NCBI GenBank assembly: GCA_963806855.1
Contig: CAWDYW010000001.1
Span: forward strand, 608,001 to 672,000
Reading direction: 5' to 3'
Source of the DNA: an uncultured Verrucomicrobiae bacterium
Lineage (GTDB): Bacteria; Chlamydiota; Chlamydiia; Chlamydiales; Rhabdochlamydiaceae
Length of the DNA stretch: 64,000 nucleotides
Notes under the pieces: generated by a model
Told to the model about the DNA's origin: nothing
The model's database searches: none
Seen by the model: only the letters and a program-made list of their open reading frames with translations
Translations under genes and position numbers: made by a program
Shown here: piece by piece, positions 49,294 through 59,884 of the stretch
Numbering within the stretch: position 1 is the stretch's first letter
Layout of the letters: each line of letters begins with the position of its first letter

Positions 49294-50618
49294 AGTTAAT
49301 CGGAATGCTCAGCCGTTTGGGCCCAGTCAAAGTCCTCGTCATCGGAGACTTCATGTTGGATGCCTACACGACTGGCAAGATCCAACGGATTTCACCAGAA
49401 GCCCCCGTTTCCGTCCTCAATGCTCACAGCGAAGAAAGTCGTCCCGGTGGGGCAGGAAACGTAGTCCTCAACCTTTGCGCCCTTGGAGCGAAAGTCATTG
49501 TCGCCGGGCGTGTCGGACGCGACTACGCTGGGGAAGAGATCCGCTCAGCACTAGAGCACGAAGGGGTCGATATCCGTGGACTCCTCTACCAAAAGCGTTA
49601 CAAAACACCGGTCAAGAACCGATTCATCGCCGACTCCCAGCAGCTTCTACGGGTCGATTTTGAGACCATCACCCCCCTGCCAGAAGAACTCGAACAAGAA
49701 CTCATTCAAAAATTGCCCGACCTGATGGAAGAGTGCCAAATTGTCGCCATCTCCGACTACGGCAAGTCGTTCCTCTCCAACACCCTCCTCGGAGTGGTGA
49801 TCGAGATGGCCAAAGCCCACCATGTGCCGGTCATCGTCGATCCAAAAGGGATCGATTTCACCAAATACCGTGGTGCAACCATCCTCAAACCTAACCTCGC
49901 CGAAGCCTACGCTGCCGCCCGCCTTCCCCAAGACATTTCCCTCGACGAAGTCGCCGCCACCGTCCTCAAAACCTGCGGCGTCGAGCAGCTGATGATCACC
50001 CGTTCCCAAGCGGGAATTTCCCTCTTCAAACGGTCAGGAGAGCGACTCGACTTCCCTGTCCGCTCCAAAGAGGTCAAAGATGTGACTGGAGCCGGGGACA
50101 CTGTCCTCTCGATGCTCAGCGTGGCGCTCGCCAATGGCCTCGACATCAAATACGCTGCGCAACTCGCCAATATCGCTGCCGGCATGGTGATCGAGCGGAT
50201 CGGCTGCGCGCAAGTCTCCCTCTCCGATATGGCCGAGCGGCTCATGGAATTCGACGAAGAGAACAAAATCTTCGATGGGGAGCACTTTTTTGCCCTGCAG
50301 CAGTCGCTCAAAGGGAAAAAATGTTCAGTCCTCAGCCTCGAAGGCAACCAAGGGATGTCGACCGCCATTTTCAAGAGCTTGCGAAAGCTTGCCGCCAAAG
50401 AGCCTGAGAACAAGCTGGTCGTCTACCTGCGCGATCGGCAGCCCGATAAAGAGTTCATCTCCCTCCTCTCCTCACTCTCTGACGTCGATTTCATCGTCAT
50501 CGAGTGCGCCAGCCTAAAAAACCTGTGCGATCTGATCCAACCTGCGGATGTCTACGCCATCGAAGAGGGTAAGCTGATCGATCTCGAAATGTCACCCGTT
50601 AATCTGAGTACTGTTTAA
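49287..50618 (+). CDS. hldE: HldE/RfaE heptose-7-phosphate kinase with degenerate C-terminal domain
   Basis: RISPEAPV, GGAGNV, SDYGK, VDPKG, DVTGAGDT. Confidence 0.9.
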   Translation: MVKLIGMLSRLGPVKVLVIGDFMLDAYTTGKIQRISPEAPVSVLNAHSEESRPGGAGNVVLNLCALGAKVIVAGRVGRDYAGEEIRSALEHEGVDIRGLLYQKRYKTPVKNRFIADSQQLLRVDFETITPLPEELEQELIQKLPDLMEECQIVAISDYGKSFLSNTLLGVVIEMAKAHHVPVIVDPKGIDFTKYRGATILKPNLAEAYAAARLPQDISLDEVAATVLKTCGVEQLMITRSQAGISLFKRSGERLDFPVRSKEVKDVTGAGDTVLSMLSVALANGLDIKYAAQLANIAAGMVIERIGCAQVSLSDMAERLMEFDEENKIFDGEHFFALQQSLKGKKCSVLSLEGNQGMSTAIFKSLRKLAAKEPENKLVVYLRDRQPDKEFISLLSSLSDVDFIVIECASLKNLCDLIQPADVYAIEEGKLIDLEMSPVNLSTV

Positions 50619-50671
50619 AAAATAAGACAATTTCTCTATACTTAGGCCCCATTTAATGGAGCACTATTCTC

Positions 50672-52012
50672 ATGGAAACAACAGCAGTCACTCGAATCCC
50701 ATTAGTTCCAGATACGATAATGGTCCGGGAAGCGTTGTGCGGAGCCTCAACGAGAGGCCCTACCAGCATAACCGTCTTTTGGCCCCTAAAGTTTCTAAAA
50801 GGGGGGTTCTCTTTGGAGCTCTGCCAAAAGACCATTAAGATATTAACCGAGCTCCATCCTAACCTCCAGACCTCATTCCAGGTCCAAGGCGCCGTCGTGA
50901 ATTGGTTTAAATTGGATCCTGTTTTAGTGCCCATAACCGTCTATCAAGATGATGGGACTCCCAACTACTGGCGATCTGTGGTGAAATCTGAACTGCGCAG
51001 GCCCTTTGATGATCCGGATCAACCCAGCTGGCGTGTTGCTGTAGTTAAAGGCAAAGAGGATACGACTTTAATCGCGATCACGATTCTACATGCACTTGGA
51101 GATGGCGTTTGCGGGGGACAATTAGCGGTCCAATTCAATGAGGTCATGGCGAATCTCATCTTGGGAAAAAAACATTCTCTCCAACTTGTTGAAACATCAC
51201 CTCCTTTAGAGACTCTTTATCAAAAATATCCACACGTGACAATTCCTCCTCAACAAACTCTACCGCCTTTACCTTTTTATCCCTGCAATACAGGATTTGC
51301 CAAACATGCATTCACGAAATCTCCGGGACTCGTGCAGAAACTAAGAGAGTATTGTAAGCAGCATGATATCAAGATGCACAGCACTCTTGTCGCTGCACTT
51401 ATCCTGGCTGTAAAAAAGGTCGTCAATCCAGTTTTTGATAGATTCCAATCACTCACTATTGTCAGTTTTCGCGATGCGATGGGCATACCCAAGTATCAAT
51501 TCCGCCCTCTATTTTCCTGGCTCGAGGTGGACAATGTAAATCCGAACGACAGTTTTCTTCAGATTGCAAAATACGTTCATACCAATCTGCATGCTCAACT
51601 TGATGCTGGAAAACATGTTGCAAATCTGAAAGCGACAGAGGAAAAACTCTCTCAAAAGCCAACAGCTGAGGAGCTGATCTCGCAAGTGCGAATCGCCCCC
51701 AATTTAGTCAACCTGACCAATAGGCAAGAATTGGAGTCCAAAGGAGTATATCCCGAAGCTGAGGCTGAACCTGTTTTAATCATGCGAGAAATTAATGGGG
51801 TAGGCGGAAACAGTCCCTATTTCGGCCTGCAAGGGGAAGGTATTGGAATTACCGTGGGCGTGACTACTTTCAACGACGTTTTCTACCTGACTGCCAGCAT
51901 GCTTGAAGATACGAAACTAGGCCTCGGTGAGGAAATAGGCGAACAGGTGCTGATCGAGATGGAAAATATCCTAAATAGGGAAGTTTTTTCGAAACAAGAA
52001 CTAAACCATTAG
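50672..52012 (+). CDS. CoA-dependent acyltransferase (condensation/alcohol acetyltransferase/PapA5-like)
   Basis: ELRRPFD..WRVAV, LHALGDG (HxxxDG). Confidence 0.7.
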   Translation: METTAVTRIPLVPDTIMVREALCGASTRGPTSITVFWPLKFLKGGFSLELCQKTIKILTELHPNLQTSFQVQGAVVNWFKLDPVLVPITVYQDDGTPNYWRSVVKSELRRPFDDPDQPSWRVAVVKGKEDTTLIAITILHALGDGVCGGQLAVQFNEVMANLILGKKHSLQLVETSPPLETLYQKYPHVTIPPQQTLPPLPFYPCNTGFAKHAFTKSPGLVQKLREYCKQHDIKMHSTLVAALILAVKKVVNPVFDRFQSLTIVSFRDAMGIPKYQFRPLFSWLEVDNVNPNDSFLQIAKYVHTNLHAQLDAGKHVANLKATEEKLSQKPTAEELISQVRIAPNLVNLTNRQELESKGVYPEAEAEPVLIMREINGVGGNSPYFGLQGEGIGITVGVTTFNDVFYLTASMLEDTKLGLGEEIGEQVLIEMENILNREVFSKQELNH

Positions 52013-53305
52013 TTCAGCAATTTTCTTCGCGCCATCGATCGCAGGGACGATGCCTATGCCATTGCAAGCAAGGTTGAACCAAAGGTGAGGGTAGTCTGCA
52101 TCAGGGCCAACGATCCTAAGACCATCTGCGCTATAGCCCATCCAGCCATGCCAAAAGAAAGCGAATGTATTAGGTGCGTCCTTAAATGTGGTTTTGAGGA
52201 AATGGTCAATCAGATCTAAGCTCTCTTTTCCTTTTTCCTCTACCCATTCTGAAGAAAAGGGACCGTCTAATTCAAATTCGGGCCCACCAATGACACAAGC
52301 ATGATTGGGATTGTCTGCTGGATGTGGCGCGTGAGAAAAATACCAAAACGGGACATGTTTAAATGCTCCCTGATCGTTTAAAAAACCTAATGCATATCTC
52401 TCTGAGGATCCATTAGGAAATGCGGCGAGGTATCCTATCCGTGGTGTGATCGAATCTTGTAATTTGGTATACCGTTTTTCATTTATTCGGTCCCAAATGG
52501 AAAAATGCATGTAGGCATTTGTGCAAAGAATTACTTCTTGAGCTGTCACTTTCCCTTGAGCATGTTCTAGAACAGAATGGTTCTCAAAGAGCTCAATTTG
52601 CGTGATGTCAGTCTGTTCATACACGGAAAATCGGTGCGGAAATCGCTCCTTGAGATAGTCCAGTACTTTGTAGCAGAACTTTGCGCTATTCATCCTCTTC
52701 CCTTTAAGGGAAGTCGTACGCAGTGCGGCAGCAACGTAGCTCTGATCAATGGTTTTTAATGTTGTTAAAATGGTGTGATGCGGGACAAACTCTACAAGTT
52801 TTAAAAATTCAATGGGGAAATCTTCTCTATGACTTTCAGAGACCAAATAGCGCCAATCAGTTTGGTTTAGGTCAATTCGAAGCTGAATATCTTTCAGAAA
52901 TGAAATAAAATGGTCGAGGGTATTAAAGCCATTGACGGCATGAGAAAAGGGGAGGAGGTTGTCTTTGAGACCGATTTCATCGTGGATGGTGTGGAGGGCC
53001 TCCCAAGCATCATTCAATTGATTAAAAATCGTTCGGGTAGATTCGAGTCCAAGCATATGCTCGAGCTCAGTTGCAGGCTTCTCTATATGTGCAACAGCAA
53101 GACCTGCATTGTGACCCGTGGCGCCGCTAGCCACTCTATTTCTTTCAAGCAAAATAACGTTTTTTTGAGTAGCAGTCAGTAGATAATAGAGTGTTGCCAC
53201 TCCTGAAATGCCCGCGCCTACAATCGCCACTTCACAGCTTAGATCACCCTTTAGGCTAGGCCAAGTGGGTCTATCGAAATCGAGCCAAGGAGAATGGTTT
53301 AACAT
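52001..53305 (-). CDS. FAD-dependent oxidoreductase (DAO family)
   Basis: IVGAGISG, GATGHNAG, GWMGYSADG, CNGIG. Confidence 0.85.
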   Translation of the reverse strand: MLNHSPWLDFDRPTWPSLKGDLSCEVAIVGAGISGVATLYYLLTATQKNVILLERNRVASGATGHNAGLAVAHIEKPATELEHMLGLESTRTIFNQLNDAWEALHTIHDEIGLKDNLLPFSHAVNGFNTLDHFISFLKDIQLRIDLNQTDWRYLVSESHREDFPIEFLKLVEFVPHHTILTTLKTIDQSYVAAALRTTSLKGKRMNSAKFCYKVLDYLKERFPHRFSVYEQTDITQIELFENHSVLEHAQGKVTAQEVILCTNAYMHFSIWDRINEKRYTKLQDSITPRIGYLAAFPNGSSERYALGFLNDQGAFKHVPFWYFSHAPHPADNPNHACVIGGPEFELDGPFSSEWVEEKGKESLDLIDHFLKTTFKDAPNTFAFFWHGWMGYSADGLRIVGPDADYPHLWFNLACNGIGIVPAIDGAKKIAELMV

Positions 53306-53491
53306 AGTCGATAAATATACAAAGGAAGAGGCAATAAAGCAACCGGATTGACATTATTTGTTGGACAACTTATTCCGAACGGTAATGCTATACAAATAGG
53401 CGCTGGTTGTTTTCATTATTCAAGGTGTAATAAATTGCGCCGGTGCAGGTCTCAATTTTGAACAGGAATTGTATCATTAATGAAGGCCAGC

Positions 53492-54091
53492 TCACGGTTT
53501 GTATAAATAGAAGGTGGGTTTAGAGGTTTGATCTTTATTAACTTCTTGATACTCGTTAATGAATTTTCCAATAACACGATTGACCGAATCTAAAATATTT
53601 TTCTCATTCTTGTCATCAATACTTCCATCAATAAATGTGTGAGATGTCCAAATATATGTAGAACATTTTGCATCAGTCTTCTCGATAATTGTCGAAGAAG
53701 AAATTAATAAAGCAAGATCAGAAATTGAAATTTTGGAACCTTTATAACTTGGGGCTTCCTCAAATAACATTGTAATATTTGCTTGGGACTTCCCATAACC
53801 GGTGGTATCAGGGACTTTCAAAGTGAAGACATTTCCAATTTTTTTAAACTCATGTTCCACGATCTCATTCACTTTTGAGCGCAAGGAAAGTGAAGTTATT
53901 GAATATTGAGGATGAATGGCAAATGAATTGAAACCTCTTAATGGGTTACATCCCAAAAGCTCGACGCTTGTGATTTCTCTGATTTCCTCAGATTTATTCT
54001 CCGCTCCCAAAGATACAAACAATAGACATAGACTCGAAAGCAGTATTGTTTTTAATCTAGACACTTTTACCTCCTCAATCCAAAAGATCAT
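53492..54091 (-). CDS. Hypothetical exported protein
   Basis: Signal-peptide-like N-terminus; likely GTG start near 54064. Confidence 0.6.
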   Translation of the reverse strand: MIFWIEEVKVSRLKTILLSSLCLLFVSLGAENKSEEIREITSVELLGCNPLRGFNSFAIHPQYSITSLSLRSKVNEIVEHEFKKIGNVFTLKVPDTTGYGKSQANITMLFEEAPSYKGSKISISDLALLISSSTIIEKTDAKCSTYIWTSHTFIDGSIDDKNEKNILDSVNRVIGKFINEYQEVNKDQTSKPTFYLYKP

Positions 54092-54254
54092 CCCATGCAG
54101 GATCGGGTGGAATAGGATATCCTTTCGTTATTTTTTTTCAAATTCAAATTTTGCGAATGCCATAAAACCCTTTTATGCGCTCGGGGAAGGGCTTTGGCCA
54201 CTTCGTGGCTGGCAAACTGACTCAAAATCATCGGTTTTTCCATGCCCTTTAGTT

Positions 54255-55160
54255 TTACAACTGGCTCTTTAGCGCTGCAATTCGATCATCCAATGGGGGA
54301 TGGGAAGCGAAGAGCATCGCGAAGCCGCGTTTGCCTGGATTGGAGATTTTAAAAGCTTGGAGTGACTCTTTTTCATGCGCAGGATCATGTAGGTTCACTG
54401 TGGCCTTTAGCCCTTCTAATGCGTAGATCATTTTGGATGTGCCGGCGAGGTGTGCGCCGCCAGCATCGGCCCGATATTCTCTACGTCGGGAATACCAAGC
54501 GACAACGATAGAGCCGAGAACCATGAAGACAATCTGAAAAATGATGGTGAAAATCATGAAGGATGCATAGGAGCCCTGCTTTTGATTGTCTCTACCAAAT
54601 CCTGATAAGATGAAGGCGAGAATCCTAGCGAGGAACATCACAAAGGCGTTGATGATGCCTTGCAGAAGGGCCATGGTCACCATGTCGCCGTTGGAGATGT
54701 GGGTCACTTCGTGTGCGAGCACCCCTTCGACTTGGCTCTTATCCATTTTCTGGAGGAGGCCCGACGAGATGGCGACGAGGGCGCGCCGTTTGGTGGGGCC
54801 GGTGGCAAAGGCGTTGATCTCAGGGGATTGGTAGATGCCCACTTCTGGCATTTCGGGCAGGCCTGCCTTTTGCGCAAGGCCGTAGACTGTCTCCAGGACC
54901 TCTTTTTCAAACGGATCGCGGGTTTGCGGATCGATCAGTTTGACGCCCATCATCCATTTTGCTGTGATGCGGGAGAGGGCAAGTGAAATAAATGCGCCGC
55001 CCATGCCCCAAACTAGACACATGATCAGCAGATCTTTGTAATTGATCCCCGAGCGCTCGAGATAGGGCTGAACATTAAAAAGACTCAAGACAATTGATAT
55101 CGTCGTAATGACAAGAAAGTTAACGACTAAGAAAAGAATAATTCGCTTTGCAATCCCCAT
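54255..55160 (-). CDS. htpX: Protease HtpX
   Basis: NAFATG, LAHEVTH, NGDMVT, REYRAD, SHPPL. Confidence 0.95.
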   Translation of the reverse strand: MGIAKRIILFLVVNFLVITTISIVLSLFNVQPYLERSGINYKDLLIMCLVWGMGGAFISLALSRITAKWMMGVKLIDPQTRDPFEKEVLETVYGLAQKAGLPEMPEVGIYQSPEINAFATGPTKRRALVAISSGLLQKMDKSQVEGVLAHEVTHISNGDMVTMALLQGIINAFVMFLARILAFILSGFGRDNQKQGSYASFMIFTIIFQIVFMVLGSIVVAWYSRRREYRADAGGAHLAGTSKMIYALEGLKATVNLHDPAHEKESLQAFKISNPGKRGFAMLFASHPPLDDRIAALKSQL

Positions 55161-55264
55161 GGGAACCTCCGTCCTAATGAAGAAAAACATAGCAGATTTG
55201 TTTTTATTTGCATATAAATGTTGCTTGTGAGATTTATCAAGGAAAAGAGGAATAATAACCAACG

Positions 55265-55462
55265 ATGTCTAAGATGCGCCGCTCAAAGAAAAGTGCCTGT
55301 ACAATTTTCATTTCCTGTAATGAACCCAACGAAGATGGAAAAATGCATGTCGAGATGACATGTGAGGGGGATCACCTCCTCGCCGCATTTTTGCTCGAGA
55401 ATGCTCAGTCGATTTTAGACAACAACAGCACGGTGTCTAAGGTCTCCTCTATCGGAAATTAA
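55265..55462 (+). CDS. Small hypothetical protein
   Basis: 65-aa ORF ahead of the peptidase; GAGG RBS. Confidence 0.55.
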   Translation: MSKMRRSKKSACTIFISCNEPNEDGKMHVEMTCEGDHLLAAFLLENAQSILDNNSTVSKVSSIGN

Positions 55463-55485
55463 TCAGCTGAGATATACTCTCAGTT

Positions 55486-56862
55486 ATGAGTTTAGACCTT
55501 CCCAATTTAAAAAAATGGTATGAAAAGCATCGAGAAGCTGTTCTTGAGGACTTTTTCGAGTTTTTAGCATTTAAAAGTGTCAGCGCCGACTCGGCCTTCG
55601 ATTCAGAGACGAAAAAATGTGCCGATTGGCTTGTCGAGTATCTGACGAAAATCGGTCTTGAGGTCCAAGTCTGGCCTACATCAGGACAGCCTGTCATCTT
55701 CGCCAAGCATTGCAAAGCGGGGAAAGATCGGCCGACCCTCCTTCTTTATCAACATTATGACGTGCAACCCGTTGATCCGCTCGAGCTGTGGAAAAGCGAT
55801 CCATTCAAAGCAACAGTCCACGATGGAAAGGTGTTTGCGCGAGGGGCTCTGGATAACAAAGGGCAATGTTTCTACACGATCACCGCAATTAAGGCGCTGC
55901 TAGAGCTGTGCGACGAGTTGAACTTCAACCTCAAGCTCTTCATCGAAGGGGAAGAGGAATCGGGAAGTGAAGGGACGCGGGAGGTCTTTGCTTTGAGGGG
56001 CAAAGAATTAGAGAGCGATTATCTGCTCATTGTCGACGCTGGGATCCCTGCGCCTGGACAACCGGCGATCACTTTAGGGTTGCGGGGGATCATTACGTTA
56101 GAGGTGGTCTGCCGCGGGGCAAGCAGCGATCTTCACTCAGGTGCTTTCGGCGGGATTGCCTACAATCCGAATCGGGCTCTCGCTGTTGCTCTTGCATCAC
56201 TTTGGGATGAGACAGGGAAAGTGGCTGTACCCCATTTTTATGACGATGTAGAGACTCTCTCGCCCAAGGAGCTGGAGAAGTTCCAGATCGAGATGGATGA
56301 AGAGGAGATCAAAAAGGAGCATGGACTGAGGGCCCTTTGTCCAGAGCCAGGCTTCTCTATCGGTCAATCGGCGACGATCAGGCCCACGGTGGAGATCAAT
56401 GGGATGGCTGGAGGCTATGCGGGCGAAGGGTTTAAGACGGTTTTGCCAGCGGTGGCGAAAGCTAAAATCTCATGCCGTTTGGTTCCAGACCAAGATCCGG
56501 CCAAGATTGCGGCCAATCTCAAAGCCCATTTGCTTAAAAATATGCCAAAAGGGCTTGAGGTGGAGATCACGGTGGGTCAGGGGAGTCCAGCTTTTCGCAG
56601 TAAACACGATTCTTTCATTGCCAAACTCGTAGCAAAAGCGTATGAAGATGTTTTAGGGAAACCATGCCAATACTGCTTGCTAGGGGGCTCTATCCCCATT
56701 ACAGTTGAATTGGCAGAAGCAAGCCGCGCCGACACGGTCATGATGGGTTATGGGCTCAATACCGACCAAATCCATGCCCCAAATGAGCATTTTGGCTTAG
56801 ACCGTTTTGAGCAAGGGTTTTTGACGATGGGAAGGATTTTTGACAAACTCAATGAACAGTGA
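55486..56862 (+). CDS. M20 family dipeptidase (ArgE/DapE-like)
   Basis: HYDVQP, RGALDNKGQ, EGEEE, DLHSG, HAPNE. Confidence 0.93.
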   Translation: MSLDLPNLKKWYEKHREAVLEDFFEFLAFKSVSADSAFDSETKKCADWLVEYLTKIGLEVQVWPTSGQPVIFAKHCKAGKDRPTLLLYQHYDVQPVDPLELWKSDPFKATVHDGKVFARGALDNKGQCFYTITAIKALLELCDELNFNLKLFIEGEEESGSEGTREVFALRGKELESDYLLIVDAGIPAPGQPAITLGLRGIITLEVVCRGASSDLHSGAFGGIAYNPNRALAVALASLWDETGKVAVPHFYDDVETLSPKELEKFQIEMDEEEIKKEHGLRALCPEPGFSIGQSATIRPTVEINGMAGGYAGEGFKTVLPAVAKAKISCRLVPDQDPAKIAANLKAHLLKNMPKGLEVEITVGQGSPAFRSKHDSFIAKLVAKAYEDVLGKPCQYCLLGGSIPITVELAEASRADTVMMGYGLNTDQIHAPNEHFGLDRFEQGFLTMGRIFDKLNEQ

Positions 56863-57671
56863 AAAAAGACCCATATTGGTTCTGTTTGGACCGATGCTCT
56901 TTTTGGGCATTGTGGTCTTGCTGCTGTTTCGGATCTCAAGCACTTCTGGGTTTTGGTTGTTTGGCATCGCTGTCGCTACGCTTCTTGCCGGTTGGGTTTC
57001 TTATTTAGTCTTCCTAGAAATGATCTCACAAAAAAAAAGAGCATCAGGTGCTCTTAGCCAAAAAGGGGAAAGAGGCCGAAGATCTGCGGGCAATCCTCGA
57101 TGAAACCCATCTGCTCTATCGGGATAAGGTCTCGAAATTGGAAACGGCGCTAGGTGACTATGAAAGGGATCAAGCCGACAAGTTGCTTGAAAAAGAGGGA
57201 GCCGTAGCCCAGCTCACAGAGGCAGTCAATCACTATAAGAGTCTCGCCCACTCGTTCGAAACCTCCCTTGAAGAGGCTTTGAATGAGCTACGCACGCTCT
57301 CTCAATTGCATTATATGCAGCAGCAGCAAGAGGCGCCTAAAAATCTGGTCAGGCAGCACCAGCAGCTGCGTGAGCAATTTGAGGAGAAATCGATCGTTCT
57401 CGACCAAACCCGCCGCCGTCTATTTGAAGCTGAAGGGTTTTTGATCGCTCTGAAAAAAGAGCGGGGGCTCGAGCTGCTTAGTCAAAATGAGGAGATGGAA
57501 GCGTTAGTCTGCATCCTCAATGAACTGATTCAAGAAAATGAGGCTCTAGATGCAGAGATTAAAGCGCTCGAAAGTCTCGTCTCCCTCAAGTTAGCTCCAC
57601 AAAAGAAAACACAGAAGAAGCTCCAAGAAATGCTCGAATTTCAGTTTGAGACTACCGTTCCCACGGAGTGA
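56852..57671 (+). CDS. Two-TM plus coiled-coil protein split by a frameshift at an A9 run (57030-57038)
   Basis: ORFs 56852-57103 and 57048-57671 join if one A is removed. Confidence 0.6.
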
Positions 57672-58548
57672 GGATTTCGACGCCGGTTTCGGTGATCAGC
57701 AGCGTATGCTCCCATTGGGCGCTCGGCTTGCCATCGTTGGTATAGGCGGTCCACTGGTTCTCTTCATCGATGTATCCACCCTTCTCACCGGCGTTAATCA
57801 TCGGCTCGATCGTAAAGGTCATCCCAGCGACGAGTGGAATCTGCATCCGGTTTCGATGGTGCGGCACTTGCGGCGGTTCATGGAACTCGATCCCGACTCC
57901 ATGTCCGACGAAAAAGTCGACCACCGAGCAGCCATACTCCTCGGCGCAATCGGAAATCGCATCGCCAATCTCATAGAGCATCGCCCCGGGCTTCAAGATG
58001 CTAATGGCCCGCATGAGGCATTGGTAGCTGGCCTCTGTCACATTCATTCGCTCGGGATCGGTCTTTCCAATGATCACCATCTTGCTGCAGTCGCCATAGT
58101 AACCATCGAGGATGCAGCTGACATCGATATTGAGGATGTCTCCCTCTTTCAGCACGACAGGGCCGGGAATCCCATGGCAGATCTCATCATTGAGCGATGT
58201 GCAAATGCTTTTGGGATATGGGGGAGTACCATAGCCAAGCGTCGCAGGAATCGACCCCGCCTCCAAATAGAGCTGATGGGCATAGGTATTGAGCTCATCG
58301 GTGGTGACCCCAGCTTTGGCCATGCGGCAGGTCTTCTCGAGGATCTCAGCAGTTACTTGGCAAGCACGCCGAATCCCTTTGATCTGCTCGGGGGTTTTCA
58401 AGATGATCCCATACTTCTTCATGTACTCTGCGGCCAAGTCAGAGCTCGAGTGGGGAGGTTGAATCGGATAGTGACATTTTTTCCACTTCTGGCCACTTTG
58501 ACACCAGCAGGGATCATTGCGTGAAATCATACCTCTATTTTCACTCAT
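57652..58548 (-). CDS. map: Methionine aminopeptidase with N-terminal SEC-C motif
   Basis: RNDPCWCQSG..KKCH, ICHGIP, GHGVG..FHE, TIEPM, EHT. Confidence 0.96.
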   Translation of the reverse strand: MSENRGMISRNDPCWCQSGQKWKKCHYPIQPPHSSSDLAAEYMKKYGIILKTPEQIKGIRRACQVTAEILEKTCRMAKAGVTTDELNTYAHQLYLEAGSIPATLGYGTPPYPKSICTSLNDEICHGIPGPVVLKEGDILNIDVSCILDGYYGDCSKMVIIGKTDPERMNVTEASYQCLMRAISILKPGAMLYEIGDAISDCAEEYGCSVVDFFVGHGVGIEFHEPPQVPHHRNRMQIPLVAGMTFTIEPMINAGEKGGYIDEENQWTAYTNDGKPSAQWEHTLLITETGVEILTPWER

Positions 58549-58556
58549 TATTCTAA

Positions 58557-59288
58557 TTAATAAAACACTTTTTTCAGGGAGAGGCCATGAGCCGGAGCCG
58601 TCATTCCAGCTTGGGCCCTTTTTCGCTCTTCCAAAATGGTTTTAAGCTGAGCAACCTCAATTTTGCCAGAGCCGATGAAGGCGAGGGTCCCGACGATCGT
58701 CCTGACCATTTTGTAGAGGAATTTGTCTCCTTTGACCCGGATCTGCAGCCGATTTCCAGGCAGCGCGATGATTTCAATCTGCTCTACGTGCCGCACCGCA
58801 TCCTCGTAGCGGAGGGTGGTGAAGGCCGAAAAATCGTGCCTTCCTTCGATCTGTTTGGCCCCTTGGCGCATCAGCTCGAGATCGAGGGGGGGATGGAAAT
58901 GCCAGGAGAACTCCCGATGGAAGGGGAGTTGGACCGATTGGTTGCAGATATGGTAGTGATACTCTTTGCAGATGTTGTTTAATGTCGGGTGAAAGTGATC
59001 GTCCACCGGCTTGAGCTCGAGCGGGGAGATGTCTTTAGGTAAGAGGCCCCGCAGCTTCTCCCGCAATTGGCCCATATCCCAGCTCTCATCGGCAAAAAAA
59101 TTGACCACCTGCCCCTCGGCATGGACCCCGCGATCGGTGCGGCTTGCAGCTTGGATCTTGACCGGATGACGGAGGATCTTTTCGAGCGCTCTTTCAAGCT
59201 CTTGCTCGATGCTCGGCCCCATTTTTGTCTTTTGAAAACCAAAATAGCGGGTCCCAGAGTAGGCTAATATACAGACGATATTTTTCAT
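58557..59288 (-). CDS. truA: tRNA pseudouridine(38-40) synthase
   Basis: SRTDRGVHA, HDFSAF, FLYKMVR, APAHGL. Confidence 0.96.
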   Translation of the reverse strand: MKNIVCILAYSGTRYFGFQKTKMGPSIEQELERALEKILRHPVKIQAASRTDRGVHAEGQVVNFFADESWDMGQLREKLRGLLPKDISPLELKPVDDHFHPTLNNICKEYHYHICNQSVQLPFHREFSWHFHPPLDLELMRQGAKQIEGRHDFSAFTTLRYEDAVRHVEQIEIIALPGNRLQIRVKGDKFLYKMVRTIVGTLAFIGSGKIEVAQLKTILEERKRAQAGMTAPAHGLSLKKVFY

Positions 59289-59875
59289 ATGATAGAGGCG
59301 AAAAATGGCTTGAGACCATTGAGGAACATTTGAATAGAGAGCATGATCAAAATTAGCCCTGTAAACCGCTCACAAGCGGCGATGCCTCGTTCCCCAAGCA
59401 CTTTTTTGAGAGAAGGGGCGGCGAGCAAGATGATAGTGGTAGCGGCCCAAGAGATGAAAACTGCACCTAAGACAAGCCAAGAGGAGACCTGTTGGTGGGA
59501 GAGGAGCATCACATAGGCCAGAGTCGCGGGTCCAGCGAGAAGGGGGACAGCCAGAGGAACTAAAAAGGGCTCCTTCGTTCCTTCTGCGGCAATCGCATCG
59601 TTTTGTTTGGGGAAGACCAGTTTTAAACCGATGATGAATAGGATCACGCCCCCTGAGATGTTGACTGCCTCTTGGCTGATCGACAGGAATGCTAGGATAT
59701 AATTGCCGATGTAGAAAAAGGCGATGATGATGATCAAGGCGAGGATCAGCTCACGGAAAATGATCGCCCGCTGCCTCTCGGGTTTAATCCGCTTTAAGAT
59801 CGACAGGAAGATCGGAACATTGCCGATGGAATCCATGAGCAGAAAAAGGGTCAGTGAGATTCCAAATAGGTTCAT
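59285..59875 (-). CDS. MarC family membrane protein
   Basis: MDSIGNVPIF, VPLAVPLLAGPA, ERFTGLIL. Confidence 0.9.
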   Translation of the reverse strand: MNLFGISLTLFLLMDSIGNVPIFLSILKRIKPERQRAIIFRELILALIIIIAFFYIGNYILAFLSISQEAVNISGGVILFIIGLKLVFPKQNDAIAAEGTKEPFLVPLAVPLLAGPATLAYVMLLSHQQVSSWLVLGAVFISWAATTIILLAAPSLKKVLGERGIAACERFTGLILIMLSIQMFLNGLKPFFASII

Positions 59876-59884
59876 AGCCTCATT

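Noticed and set aside
53395..53492. Weak inverted repeat between the oxidoreductase and exported-protein genes (similar weak one at 22775-22846)
   Set aside because: Too degenerate to assign to a family by eye.
57646..58524. 292-aa antisense ORF over map, and similar shadow ORFs elsewhere
   Set aside because: It has no recognisable motifs and is explained by codon bias of the real gene on the other strand.
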